A stretch of DNA of 50,106 bases, from the NCBI GenBank assembly GCA_045863395.1, contig BTVJ01000054.1, positions 1-50,106 on the forward strand, given 5' to 3'. The notes under the pieces were generated by a model. It did not search any database. It saw only the letters and a program-made list of their open reading frames with translations, and was not told the origin of the DNA. Origin of the DNA: Myxococcales bacterium (GTDB lineage Bacteria > Myxococcota_A > UBA9042 > JABWCM01 > BTVJ01). A program made the position numbers and the translations under genes. This document shows, one piece after another, positions 8,550 to 20,300 of this stretch (position 1 is the stretch's first letter; every line of letters begins with the position of its first letter).

Positions 8550-11525
8550 TCAACCGTCGGAGTGCAGCACCTTCCGTACCTCGCGCAGCGCGTCCTTCAT
8601 CTCACGCGATGCGGAGTTGCACGTGGTCACGGCGACGCCTATCTGCTCGAGGGCCTCTTCGCGCTGGCTCTCGTCCGCCGTTCCCTCCTGCATCTCCTCG
8701 ATGAAGTCGTCGATCAGCTTGATGTTGTTACGCCACACGCTCGCGAGATCGTTGACCCGCTCGAACAGGGGGCGGATCTGCTGGGTGACGCCCCCCGATC
8801 CGTTGGTGCCCGGAGTGAGCGTGGCGGCGGTGTCGAGCTTCGTGCGGAGCTCCTCGAGCGCTGCCTCGAGCGTCGCTGCGCGCCTCTCCGATTCGGCAGC
8901 CTGCGCCGCAGCCTCGGCCGCTCTCCGCTCCGCGTCCTGCGCCCGCCTGGCTGCAGCGGTGAGCTCCTCCGCGTCGGCGCCAGGCGTCGGGGTGGTGGCC
9001 TGAGCCGCCCGCGCCGCGGCGTCCCGCTCGGCGCGCTCCAGCCGGGTCCGCAGCTCTTCGAGGGCCTGCTCTGCCTTCGTCCGCGCCTCGATGGCGGCCT
9101 CCAGCTCCGCTGGGTCAGCGCCAGTCACCGGCTGGTCGCCCCGCGCCGCCCTCAGATCCGCCAGGAGCTGCGACACGCGCCGCGTCTGGGCCTTGTGGCC
9201 GAGCTTCAGGTTCTCGTTCTCCGCGGTGAGCTCCGCGACCTTCGCCTCCAGCTCCCCGGCGGCGCGCTGCGCCGCCGCGAGCTCCTTGGCCGACCGCGCG
9301 GCGCCGGCGCGCCCCTCCGCCGTCTCCTTCTCGACGTCGGCTGCTCGGCTGGCGGCCGCCTTGGCGGCGTCCTCGGCCTGGCGGCGCGCGGCCTCCGCGG
9401 CCTCGACGGCCCGCGACAGCCGCTCGGCCTCCGCGCGTGCGGCTTCCAGTGCCTGGGTGCGCGCCGCGTCCTTGCTCGCTGCGTCCTGAGTGCTGCGCAC
9501 CGCCTCCTCACGCTCTCGTGTGGCGGTCTCCAGGGCCCGGCGGGCCTGGTCCCGGTCGAGGCGGAGCTCATCGAGGGTCGCCTCCAGCTCCTGGATTCGC
9601 TCCCGAGCGTCGAGCAGCTCCGCCTGGTCCGCGGCGTCCGCGAGGGACCGGCGCAGGTCGGCCGCCTCCGCCCGCGCCGCCTCCGCCCGCGCGGCCTCCC
9701 CTCGCGCCTGCTCCTGGGCCAGCCTGGCAGCCTCGCTCGCCTGGGCGTGCTCCGCCCGGAGCCGCTCCACCTCGGCGGTGGCTGCGTCCAGCGCGCGCTG
9801 CAGCGCGCTCGCCTCCTGGCGGATCAACCCGACGGCCCGCTCCGCGCTGTCCGTGGCCGTGCGCACGAGGTCCTCGAGGCGCTGCACCTCCTGCCCCGCA
9901 CGCTCCCGGTCCCCGCGGGCTCCCTCCAGGTCGCGCCGCAGGTCCTCCTCGCGCTGGCGCGCCCCCTGCTCCGATGCCTCGGCCTCTGCGCGTAGCCGCC
10001 TCACCTCTGCGTCCAGCGCGCTCCGGTCGCCTGCTGCGCGACCTTGGAGATCCTCGACCTGGGCCTGCATCGTCCGTACGCGTTCGACCGCTTCGTCGCG
10101 CTCGGTCATTGCGCGGTCGCGCTCCGCGGCGAGGCGATCTCGCTCCGCTCGCGCCCGCTCCAGATCCGCCGCCGGTGCTCGGCCCCGCAGCTCCTGGGCG
10201 AGCGCGTCTCGCTCCCGGCGCAGGTTCGCGATCTCCTCTTCGGTCGGGCGCTTCGCCAGCTCGTTCTTGAGGCGGTCCAGCTCCGCGGTCCCGGCCTGGA
10301 GCGCCTCACTCGTTGATGCCCTCTGCGAGGCCAGTCGCTCGAGGTCCGCCCGCGTCGCCTCGGCCTCCCCGCGCGCCGCCGCGAGCGCGGCCCGTACCTC
10401 CTCGAGCTGGTCGGCGATGGCGCGGGCGGCCTCCCGCTCGGCCTCCAGGGCGCTGCTGGTGGCCAGCGAGTCCTCGACCGCGGCGTCGGCCTCGTCACGA
10501 GCCTGCTTGGCGTCCCTGGTGGCGACCTGGAGCTGACGTCGTGCCTCCTCCAGCTCTGCCTGGGCCGCGTCCAGCGCCGCGACGGTCTCCTCGAGCTGGC
10601 CGACCGTCGGCCCCTCCGGGTTGGTCCGGGGCTCCACCTGCCCTTGCCCGAAGGTGTCCTCGAGGCGCGCCTCCAGGGCTACGACGTGTTCGTCCAACGC
10701 TGCGAGCTGCTCGTCACGTTGGGCGATCTCCGCCCGCATGGAGCCGGCGGTCGCCTCCAAGTCGGCGATGCGCGTTCGCGCGACGTCCAGCTCCTTCTCG
10801 GCGCGGCGGGCACTCTCGAGCATGCCGTGCATCGAGTCCAGCTCGATGCGGAGTCCATCGAGGGACGCCTCGCGGTCCTTGAGGGTGCGACGTGCCCGAT
10901 CCAGCTCGGTGCGCAGGCGGAGCATCTCCTGATCGTCCTCGAGCAGGATCCCCTCGTCGTCCTCGTCGGGCGTCTGGCTCTGCCACTGGGAGGGCTCGGC
11001 CTCCAGATCGACCACCTGCGGGAGCTTCTCGCCGGTAGGCGGCCTCTGACCCTCCCGCATCTTGCTGATGAAGCCGGCGAAGGTCTTTGGTGCGAAGTCC
11101 TGCCCGGCGCCGTCGTCGGCGCTCGCCTGGTTGGCGGACCACGCCACGTCGATGCGGCCGTCGAGCTCCGATGCCTCGACCTCCTCGATCGCCTCCTCGT
11201 CCCACTGCTCCTGGGGCTGGTGCCGCTCGTACTCGTCGAGCGCGAAGCGCATCTCGAACTTGCCGCACATGAACAGGTCGCCGTCGTGCAGATCGCTGGA
11301 GGTGACACGCTGACCCGCGTAGAACGTGCCATTCGAGCTGCCGAGATCCGTGACGGAGTAGGAGCTTCCGTGCCAGGTGATCTCAGCGTGGCGGCGCGAC
11401 ACCGTGTTGTCGTTGGTCCGGATCTGGCAGTCCTTGTGGCGCCCGACCGTGATCACCCGCTGCTCAGGGCCGACGGGCGCCCAGGCCTCGCTGCCAGCTT
11501 CGTCTCGGAAGTACACCTTCGCCAC
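8550..11525 (-). CDS. FHA-domain protein with very long coiled coil (~991 aa)
   Basis: GGGAGG RBS before GTG 11525. FHA motifs VGRH..C.I..DNTVSRRHA and DLGSSNGTF, an acidic linker, then >700 aa of A/E/R/L heptad-like sequence. Confidence 0.88.
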   Translation of the reverse strand: MAKVYFRDEAGSEAWAPVGPEQRVITVGRHKDCQIRTNDNTVSRRHAEITWHGSSYSVTDLGSSNGTFYAGQRVTSSDLHDGDLFMCGKFEMRFALDEYERHQPQEQWDEEAIEEVEASELDGRIDVAWSANQASADDGAGQDFAPKTFAGFISKMREGQRPPTGEKLPQVVDLEAEPSQWQSQTPDEDDEGILLEDDQEMLRLRTELDRARRTLKDREASLDGLRIELDSMHGMLESARRAEKELDVARTRIADLEATAGSMRAEIAQRDEQLAALDEHVVALEARLEDTFGQGQVEPRTNPEGPTVGQLEETVAALDAAQAELEEARRQLQVATRDAKQARDEADAAVEDSLATSSALEAEREAARAIADQLEEVRAALAAARGEAEATRADLERLASQRASTSEALQAGTAELDRLKNELAKRPTEEEIANLRRERDALAQELRGRAPAADLERARAERDRLAAERDRAMTERDEAVERVRTMQAQVEDLQGRAAGDRSALDAEVRRLRAEAEASEQGARQREEDLRRDLEGARGDRERAGQEVQRLEDLVRTATDSAERAVGLIRQEASALQRALDAATAEVERLRAEHAQASEAARLAQEQARGEAARAEAARAEAADLRRSLADAADQAELLDARERIQELEATLDELRLDRDQARRALETATREREEAVRSTQDAASKDAARTQALEAARAEAERLSRAVEAAEAARRQAEDAAKAAASRAADVEKETAEGRAGAARSAKELAAAQRAAGELEAKVAELTAENENLKLGHKAQTRRVSQLLADLRAARGDQPVTGADPAELEAAIEARTKAEQALEELRTRLERAERDAAARAAQATTPTPGADAEELTAAARRAQDAERRAAEAAAQAAESERRAATLEAALEELRTKLDTAATLTPGTNGSGGVTQQIRPLFERVNDLASVWRNNIKLIDDFIEEMQEGTADESQREEALEQIGVAVTTCNSASREMKDALREVRKVLHSDG

Positions 11526-11892
11526 AGAACGCCTCCCCGTCCATGGGACGGGCCCGGACACCGCGGCCACTCTGGGCTGGGCACCGGGCCCTGGCTGACG
11601 ACGGGCCCAGGATAGCCGATGCTCCACGGGCTGGCAACGCACGGGAGGGCGCTCGCTCTGCGGGCTCGGCCGAGCGTCCGCCCGCTCCGCGGCGGCCAGG
11701 GCCACGCCGATCCTCGCTTCGGGCGCCGCCCTCCCGCCGGGCCCTTGGTCACATTGATCAGGGCGGCGGTCGTCGGCTATCGTGTCCGCGGTCCACTCGG
11801 GTCGTGTGCCAGGCGTCGTGTAAGCATGGTCGGGAGCGGCCGGCCGTTCAGGCTGGGCACCCCCCCGGATGTGCGGAGGGCTCGGTCGTCAG

Positions 11893-14259
11893 ATGCAGCA
11901 TTGGAAGCTCCTCGTCGCCTGCCTGCCTGCGCTCATCCTGCTCGACGTGCCGGTCGCCAGCGCCCTCGCGCCGGAGGAGGAGGCACAGAGCCTTCTCCGC
12001 CAGGCCGTCGTCGCCCTGGACCAGGACAACGTAGAGCCTGCCCTGAAGCTCCTGGACAAGTGCGCCGACGCCGGCGCCCTGGTCCGGGACGCCTCGTGGC
12101 GGGACGCGATCCTGGAGGGGGCGAACCAGGCGACCATCGCCGTCCTCATGGCGGCGGGCGCGGCCAAGTGGGAGCAGGGCAGCTTCGACCAGGCGTTCAG
12201 GCTCTACCAGCGCGCCGTGGACCGCGGGCGCCTCGGGCTCCTGACCGACGAGGTCCGCCGCACGGCCGCCAAGGCGCTCCACCTGCACATGCTGCAGCTC
12301 TGGCTCGCCGGAGACGAGGTGCAGGCCCGGACCGTGGCCGGGTTGGCGCGGACCGCCGCCGCCGCCGCGTGGAGCGGCCAGTCCGCGGAGCACAAGGCCC
12401 TCGACGAGCTCTCGAGCCGCATCGCCCGGCCGCGGAGCATCGAAGTGCTGGTCCGCTCCGAGATCGAGCGCACCAAGCGGGCCATGGAGGCGGACGCGCC
12501 GCGCTTCCCCGACCCTCGGCAGCCCTGGCGCATCGGGCTGCTGGCCCACACCCTGCGAGCCTTCGACCTGGCGACGACCCTCTTCGAGCGGGCCATGGCG
12601 GCGGCCGAAGGCGGCACGTCCACCCTGGACAGCGCCATCCTCATCGGGGCCCGCGAGAAGCTGGAGCACGCCCGCGCCCTCGTCCGGAAGCTGGTGGTGC
12701 GCTCCAACGTGCCCTTCTACACAGTGGAGGTGTGGCGCCCCGACGCCGCCCTGCCCGAGGGGAGCGCAGAGGCGGACGACGCGACTGCCGGCGTGTCGTT
12801 CACGGTGCATCCCGGTCGGTACATCATCAAGGTGTTCAACGCCGAGTACGGGACCTGTGAACGCGACGACGTCGCCGTGGAGAGCACCGATGCCGTCGCG
12901 GTGTGCCGCTTCACGGCGCCGCCCGTCGCGGTCACGCTCGACACTCAGCCGCGCGGCATGGAGGCCCGCGTCTCTCCGAGCGATCAGATCGACTGGCGCG
13001 CCGTTCCCTTCGCACTGAACCTGATGCGCGGTCGCTACACCCTGAGCGTCAAGCACCCGAAGTTCCGAGAGCCCATCGACGTGCCCTTCGTCGTCACGCG
13101 CGAGGGACGCCAGGAGTTCGACCTGGATCTGAGCCGCGGATCCCTGGAGCTGGCCATCCCGCCCGCCAATCAGGGCGCCCGCGTGCGGGTGGACGGGAAG
13201 GACATCCCCCGCGCGCTGGGCAACAGCATAGACGTGGACGCCGGGGCCCACACCGTCGAGGTGTTCCAGTCCGGGTTCCAGACGTGGCGCCAGGCGGTGG
13301 TCGTGCGCCCCCTCGATCGCACCCTGGTGAAGCCGGAGTTCATCGCGGGCGTGGGCGATGACGAGGTCGCGCCCCCTCCCCGTCGCAGCGCCCTGGTCAC
13401 CGCGGGCTACGTGGCGCGCCTGCACGACGTGGAGCTGACGGGGTATGACCGCAACGGCACGCTGAACACCGTGTCACGGTCCTACCCCGTGCATCACGCG
13501 CGCGTCCAAGGGCGCTGGTTTCCGGTGGAGGACGCGGACCCCTACGCGCCTCGCTGGCTCGTGCTGGTGGGCGCCGACGTGGGGGTGGCGTCCGGCAACC
13601 CCATCGACGACATGCTCCTGGCGGTGGTCGCAGCCGGTGGCGGGGTCCAGCTCCTGTCGCGGGGCGGCGAGTGGGTGACGCTGGAGGGCTCGTGGCGCGT
13701 CGGCATCGACCGCTGGAAGTCCGCGTGGAATGAAGGTGCCTTCACCATGAACGCGCTCCGCCCGCTCGGGGTCGGCATCGGGGCTCGCTCACGGGTGGGC
13801 TGGCTCGCGGCAACGGCGGACGTGGGCTTCTCGTGGGGGACGGGCCAGAAGCGCCAGTCGACCACCGTCCCAGGCCTCCCCACTGGAGACGTGGACCTGA
13901 CCCTGATGGGCCTCGACGCAGCACTGTTCGTCGGCCTGGATCTCGTGGACATGGTGAAGCCGGACGACGACCTGGACGTGGTCTTCGGGGCGACCGGCTT
14001 CATGTCCTGGTACAGCGAGAAGCGCTCCGACAAGCCCTCGGCCTTCCAGGCGCTGGACGGTGGCGCAGGCGCGCGGATCGAGCTGTCCTGGCGACTCCGC
14101 GGCGCTGTGGACACCCGGATCTTCGCCGACGCGGAGCTGCGCTTCATCGGCGACTTCGCCCCGGAGCTGGCTCCTGTGTTCGACGAGAAGCAGGCCCTCG
14201 ACGCGGTCCCCGGAGCTGGGAACCTGTCGGCGGGGGCCGGCGTGGAGATCGGTTTCTGA
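11893..14259 (+). CDS. Secreted protein with helical/TPR-like N-terminus, PEGA-like repeats and probable C-terminal outer-membrane beta-barrel (~788 aa)
   Basis: Signal peptide MQHWKLLVACLPALILLDVPVASA. PEGA-like GARVRVDGK...VDAGAHTVEVFQSGF. Alternating amphipathic strands ending in GVEIGF (terminal Phe, BAM-type signal). Confidence 0.78.
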   Translation: MQHWKLLVACLPALILLDVPVASALAPEEEAQSLLRQAVVALDQDNVEPALKLLDKCADAGALVRDASWRDAILEGANQATIAVLMAAGAAKWEQGSFDQAFRLYQRAVDRGRLGLLTDEVRRTAAKALHLHMLQLWLAGDEVQARTVAGLARTAAAAAWSGQSAEHKALDELSSRIARPRSIEVLVRSEIERTKRAMEADAPRFPDPRQPWRIGLLAHTLRAFDLATTLFERAMAAAEGGTSTLDSAILIGAREKLEHARALVRKLVVRSNVPFYTVEVWRPDAALPEGSAEADDATAGVSFTVHPGRYIIKVFNAEYGTCERDDVAVESTDAVAVCRFTAPPVAVTLDTQPRGMEARVSPSDQIDWRAVPFALNLMRGRYTLSVKHPKFREPIDVPFVVTREGRQEFDLDLSRGSLELAIPPANQGARVRVDGKDIPRALGNSIDVDAGAHTVEVFQSGFQTWRQAVVVRPLDRTLVKPEFIAGVGDDEVAPPPRRSALVTAGYVARLHDVELTGYDRNGTLNTVSRSYPVHHARVQGRWFPVEDADPYAPRWLVLVGADVGVASGNPIDDMLLAVVAAGGGVQLLSRGGEWVTLEGSWRVGIDRWKSAWNEGAFTMNALRPLGVGIGARSRVGWLAATADVGFSWGTGQKRQSTTVPGLPTGDVDLTLMGLDAALFVGLDLVDMVKPDDDLDVVFGATGFMSWYSEKRSDKPSAFQALDGGAGARIELSWRLRGAVDTRIFADAELRFIGDFAPELAPVFDEKQALDAVPGAGNLSAGAGVEIGF

Positions 14260-14399
14260 TGGGGCAGCCGGCCGACGGGGTTGCATCGGCGCTGGAATCC
14301 GGGCCCGCCTGCCGTGTACTCTCCACGGGGAGCCCAAGTTCCAGACGGGATCAACGATCCGGACCAGCCGGACGAGCGGTTTCGAGGCACGGAGTGGAC

Positions 14400-17300
14400 A
14401 TGACAGCACCTTACCGATGGCTGCTCGCGGCGTGGGTCGCGGCACCCCTGGCCTTTGCTGCCTGCGATGACGCGCCGCCCCCGCCCACCTTCGATCCTTC
14501 AGACGCCAAGACCAGCTTCGAGGGCGACCCCAAGTCGGTGCTCAAGCTGTACGTGGCCAAGTCTACTCCAGCCGCCGACGGCGACGGGCGCATCGACATG
14601 GGCGACAACGAGTCGCTCAAGGTGGTGGTCAACGTCGAGTCCAACGACAAGAACCTGAACCTCAACGACTTCGGGGTCGTGTGGTGCGATCAGTACAGCG
14701 TGCCCGACGGCGAGGCCATCCAGCGGCTGTGCCCCGATCTGTGCGGCATGAAGGGCGTCGGAGGGGACGGCGCGCGGACGGCCGAGCTGTACTTGCCGCC
14801 GGGCGCCCTCTCGACCCTTGGAAAAGAGAAGCTGGAGCACCGGGTCCTCGCGCGCCTCTACGCATCCGACGAGCTCGCCAACCCCGACGTGTGCAAAACT
14901 GCGCCGCTCCTCGAGGACAGCGTGGTCATCACGCTCCGGACGGTCATCAAAGGCCCGGCGGTCACGGTGATGCCGGCGCCCGCCGACACCAAGTGCTACA
15001 CGACCTCGGACCGCCTGAAGGTGCGCATCGAGCCGCTGAAGGCCTACCCCAAGGCGACCTATGAGATCACCTGGTACAAGTCGATCCCGTTCGATTCGGA
15101 CCAGGTCAGCCGGCGCGACCTGGTGCAGGCGGGGCCCCTGTGGGTGTGCGAGGGGACCGAGGAGGTGCTCGACAGCCCGTGCCTGCTGCCCCCGTCCTCG
15201 ACGAAGAAGGGTGACACCTTCTACGTGACGGCGCGCCTCGTCTCGGACGGCTCGGGGAACGCCTTCAGCGGGGCGGAGACCCAGGACCCGCCGGCGATCC
15301 AGGTGTGCGACTCGTACCCGTCGTGCTCCGCCCCAAAGGTGTCGAACGATCCCGTCGGGGTCAGCGGTGCGGTCCGCTGCCTCATGGAGACCTGCACCGA
15401 CGCGGACAGCGACCCGGTCCTCGCCGACCTGGTGATCACGAACCTGTCGCTCGAGACCGGCGCCGCCCGGGAGCTGAAGGGCGTCGGGCCCTTCAACCTC
15501 GGCGCCTTCGGCAGCGCCGCCGTAGACGTGTCGTACAAGCTGACCGACGATCCGGGCTTCGTGCGCAAGGGCGACAAGGTGCGCTGCGACGTGTTCCCCT
15601 ATGGGCCCGACCAGGCGGCGTGGGCAAAGGACACGACGTACCCCTACGGCGACGGGAAGAAGAAGTCCTCCGACACGACGGTCGTGCTCAACACGCCGCC
15701 GGAGGTGACCGGGGTGAAGGTCGTGCCGCTCGACGCCTCCTACACCATCAACACCTCGTACCTCTGCGAGCTCGACACGTGGGACGACAAGGACGGCGCC
15801 GCGGACCTGTCGAACCTGCGCTTCACGTACACCTGGCACAACGGCTCCCTGGACTACGCCCTCATGCCGAAGACGCCCAACGTGGCCATCGGCACCCCGG
15901 GGCTGGTGGAGGCCAAGAAGTTCACCCCCGCGAAGGACGCGCCCGGGTCCATCGGCGCGGGTCAGGTCCTGTGCTGCAAGATCACCGTCACCGACACGGG
16001 CAACCTGGGGGCCCCGGTCGGGGACAGCACCTCGATGCTCAGCCCCAAGGAGGCCTGCATCAAGCTGACCAACGGGGCGCCAGAGATGGTGTTCCAGCCC
16101 GGTCAGAACAAGATTGCCCAGGTCATCGCCTCGTCCGTCCAGGGCAGCGCTGCCGAGCCCTACCCGCAGTGCCTCGACGTGTCCGACCTGGCGAAGACGC
16201 CCACGGGCTCCTTCCTCAGCGCACAGTCCTTGGTCTGCGACACCAAGGGGACGGGCAAGGACCCGGACGGCGACGCGGTGTTCATGCACTATCGGTGGTT
16301 CACCTGCGGGCAGGGCGAGGCGCAGCAGGAGCTGCTGTCGAAGGTGGACGATCCGCGGGCCCTCGCCAACTCGTTGTCCAAGGAGTCGACGGTGTGCTGT
16401 GGGGTCTCCGCGTGCGACGGCCAGGGCGCGTGCAGCCCCGAGATCAAGAGCGCGCCGGTGTTCATCCAGAACACACCCCCCAAGGTGGGCACCCCGACCG
16501 TGGTGGTCGGCGGCCTCAAGCCTACGGGCGACAAGCTCGGCACCTTCTTGTGTGACGTGGAGCTGCTGGACTGCGACGGCGACGACGTGGCGGGCAAGTC
16601 GGAGGTGCTGTGGAGCACCGCCGACGGGACGCCGCCCGCCTGGCCTGCGACTCTGATGACCAGCCTGGACAAGGTGAGCGGCCTCGGCTGCTCGGAGGGG
16701 CTCCGCTGCCGGGTCACCGCCAAGGACGGGAGCATCACCGCCGAGCAGGCCAAGGTCACCGCCTGGTCCCAGCCCCTCCAGCTCAAGAACGACCCGCCGA
16801 AGGTGGGGGCGGTCAGCATCTCGGGTGGCGTGAAGCCCACGGTGGCGTCGACGCTGACGTGCTCCTTCAGCGGTCTGGTGGACCCCAACGGCGACGATCC
16901 CGCGAGCGTGTCGGTGCGGTGGCTGGCGAACGGGGCGCTGCTGACCGAGACGTCCGCGGCAGGCACCGGCGGGAAGGCCGAGCTGAGCCTCGGGTCCTGC
17001 CAGAAGGCGCTCTACGCCGTGAAGAAGGGCGACGTGATGACCTGCGAGGTGCGCGCCTGCGACGGCTGTGGCGCGTGCAGCGACTACGTCGCGTCCAACA
17101 CCCCGCCGAGCGCCTCCACCGTCACGCTGCAGGACAGCCCGACGGTCGTCAGCGGCGCCGGCCTGGTCACGCTGACGCCGGAGGTCGGTGGCAAGGGGGA
17201 CACCTTCATGTGCGCCATCGACCTCGGCAAGCTCCAGGACTGCGATGGCGGCGAGCCCGAGTCCTTCGAGTACGTTTTCCGGTTGGTAGGACAGGGCGGG

Positions 17301-20300
17301 GTGGTCATCGCCAACGAGCAGGGCGTCAAGAGCAAGGTAACGCAGGCGCCCTTCAAGTTCGACCAGTGCCCGGCCATCGACGTGTTCTGGTGCGAGGTGG
17401 ACGTGCGCGACAAGGCCGACGCGTCGGTCCTGTCGCCCGCGCCCACGAGCGGCACCGTCCACCTGGACGAGTCGCCGCCGGTGGTGGCGGTGCTCCTGGA
17501 GCCTGCGGGTCCGAAGGTGGGCGACCAGGTGACCTGTACGACCACCGCGCTGACCGACGCCGATCCGGAGGATGTCCCCAAGCTGAAGCCGACTTGGAAG
17601 TGGTTGGTCAACGGGGCGAGCCGGGACGACCTGGAGGGCCTCCAGAAGATCACCCTCACCGAGGGGACCTTCAAGAAGAACGACAAGGTGGCGTGCACGG
17701 CGACCGTCTCCGACGGGTGCTTCCCCGCGGTGACCTCGGGTCTGTCCGCGGTGACCATCGCCAACTCGCCGCCCACCCTGTCTGGGGCAACGCTGGGCCC
17801 CGCGGCTCCCAAGATGACCTCGACCCTGACGTGCACGGCGGGCACCTACGCGGACAAGGACGGCGACCCCGAGTGGGCCGTGGTCTTCGAGTGGCAGACC
17901 AACACGACGGGCAAGCTGGACGACTGGAAGGCCGTCCCCATCGCGTGCCAGAAGGACGTGCCTGCCGAGCGCAAGAGCCTCTTCGACCTGGACCAGTGCC
18001 TGCAGATGGTACCCGCCAAGGGCCACCAGATCCGGTGCCTGGCTCGCGCGGTGGATGGGCCTCTGGCGCCGCCCTCGCAGAGCCCGGCGGCGACCTCTAT
18101 CGCCGTGACCATCGCGGACTCACCCCCCATGCTCCTGGACGTGTCGCTGGCCCCCTACGGCTCGTCCCTTCCGAGCGCGCCGTCCCTCGACCCGGGCCAG
18201 AACGTCCTGCGCTGTGCCGCGGACGCCAACGACCCCGACGGAGACGCGTTCTCCGTGTCTCGCATGTGGATGATCTACGGTTCCGACGGCGCCCAGAAGG
18301 GGGCCTTCGCTGGAGGAGAGGACCTGGACCTGGGCACCGCCGGAGTGTCCTCCTGCGACTCGGTCGTCTGCGAGGTGACCCTGAAGAACGCGCAGGGGCT
18401 CAAGGTGACCTCCGAGGTCCGATCCGCGGACATCCGTGGCGGCGGGTCCCTCTACTTCGGCGGCGTCCCCAACGCCTGGGTGGACCTCAAGCCCGGGACG
18501 GTCTCGGGAGTGACGAGCACGGGCACCCTGGAGCTGTGGTACTGGGCCGAGGTGCTGCCCGCGGTGGGGACGGTTCGCAACACCCTGCTGGAGCGTGTGG
18601 ATGCCAGCGTGGCCAAGCAGTGGGAGCTGGCGATTCAGCCCGGCGGCTCGGTCGCGCTCCGCAGTGGCAGCGCGAACTTCTTCACCCCGTCGGGTGCGGG
18701 CGTCGGCACTGCCCAACTCCAGGCCGGTGTGTGGACACACATCGCCCTCTCCTGGGACGCGGTCTCCGCCACCCTGTGGGTCGGCGGCGTAGCCGTTGGC
18801 ACCTGGAGCACCGCGCTGCCCTTCGACCTGGGGGCGACGCGCCTCGGCGCCTCCGGTGGCCGGGCTCCCGGCGGCTACATCGACGAGCTGCGCGTGCGCA
18901 GCGCCAAGGCGACGCCCCAGCCCAACCAGCCGTACCTCCAGAAGACCGCGGATACGTTGGCCCTCTATCACCTGGATCCGGCAGAAGGCGACGTCGTGGC
19001 CGACGTGACGGGCAACGGCTTCCACGGGGCATTCGGCTCTTCGCCAGCGGCGCGGCGCGTGCACGCCCAGCTCGACGCGTGCGGGCTGGTCGCGTGCGGC
19101 GCAGGCACCGACTCGTGTCTGCTGCCACCCACGTCCGTCTCGCTGGAGTACGCCGGCACGACCTTCAGCGGCGGCGTGCTGGAGTATGTGGCGCGGTGCA
19201 AGGCGTCGGGCGGCGTCGACCTCAGCGGCGGGACCGTCACGGACTACAAGTTCATGTGGTACGACCAGACGACCGGGCAGAACATCGGCGAGGCCAAGAT
19301 CGGGAAGGGAGAGGCCACCCAGAAGGTGGCGGTCGGCTCGGGCTGCCGCTACGTCACCTGCACGGCGGCGCCGCTGCCCCTCGGGGGAGGAGCCGAGGGC
19401 CCGTCCGCGTCGTCGGCGCCGGCCAAGGCGCTGTGCGTGCTCAACGGTACGGCGGTCGTCGACTTCGGCTGCGACGACGGCAACAAGTGCACGGCGGACG
19501 TGGCGGACCCGGTGACCGGCTGCGCCCACGACGTGGACGACGGGGCCACCTGCAGCACGCAGTGTGCCCAGCTCCAGACCTCCGCGTGCGTTGGCGGCCA
19601 GTGTCTGTGCTTGAGCCAGTGCTCCAACCCGGAGGACGATCCCTGCATCCAGGCCGTGTCCGTGGCCCCGGACGGGACGTGCATCTACGGCCCCAAGCAG
19701 AACGGGACGCCGTGTGTCCCGCTCTCGGCGTGCGTCTCCGGGGAGGGGCAGTGCCAGAGCGGCGTCTGCGTCAACGCGCCCCAGCTCTCCTGCGACGACG
19801 GGAACCCCTGCACCGACGACTGGTGCGACGAGGCGGCCGGCTGCAAGCACGCCAACAACGCGAAGGAGTGCAGCGACGGCAGCGCCTGCACCGTGGGCGA
19901 CGTGTGCCTCAACGGGTCGTGCAAGTCGGGCGGCCTGCTCGACTGCAACGACGGCAACACCTGCACCTCGGATGCCTGCAACCCAGGCGCGGCGACGCCC
20001 GCGGTGGCCTGCACCTACGTGCCCCTGACCGGCCCCACCTGCAGCGACGGCAACGCCTGCACGAAGAACGACGCCTGTAGCGCGGGCTCGTGCAAGGGCA
20101 CAGCGGACAACTGCAACGACGGCAACCCGTGCACCAACGACGCGTGCGACCCCGCCAAGGGCTGCGTCTACACGTTCAACACGTCCGCCTGCGACGACCT
20201 GGACGCCTGCACCAAGAGCGACCAGTGCGTCTCGGGCACCTGCCAGGGCATCGCGGCGAGCTGCAACGACGGCAACCCGTGCACCGACGACTCCTGCGAC

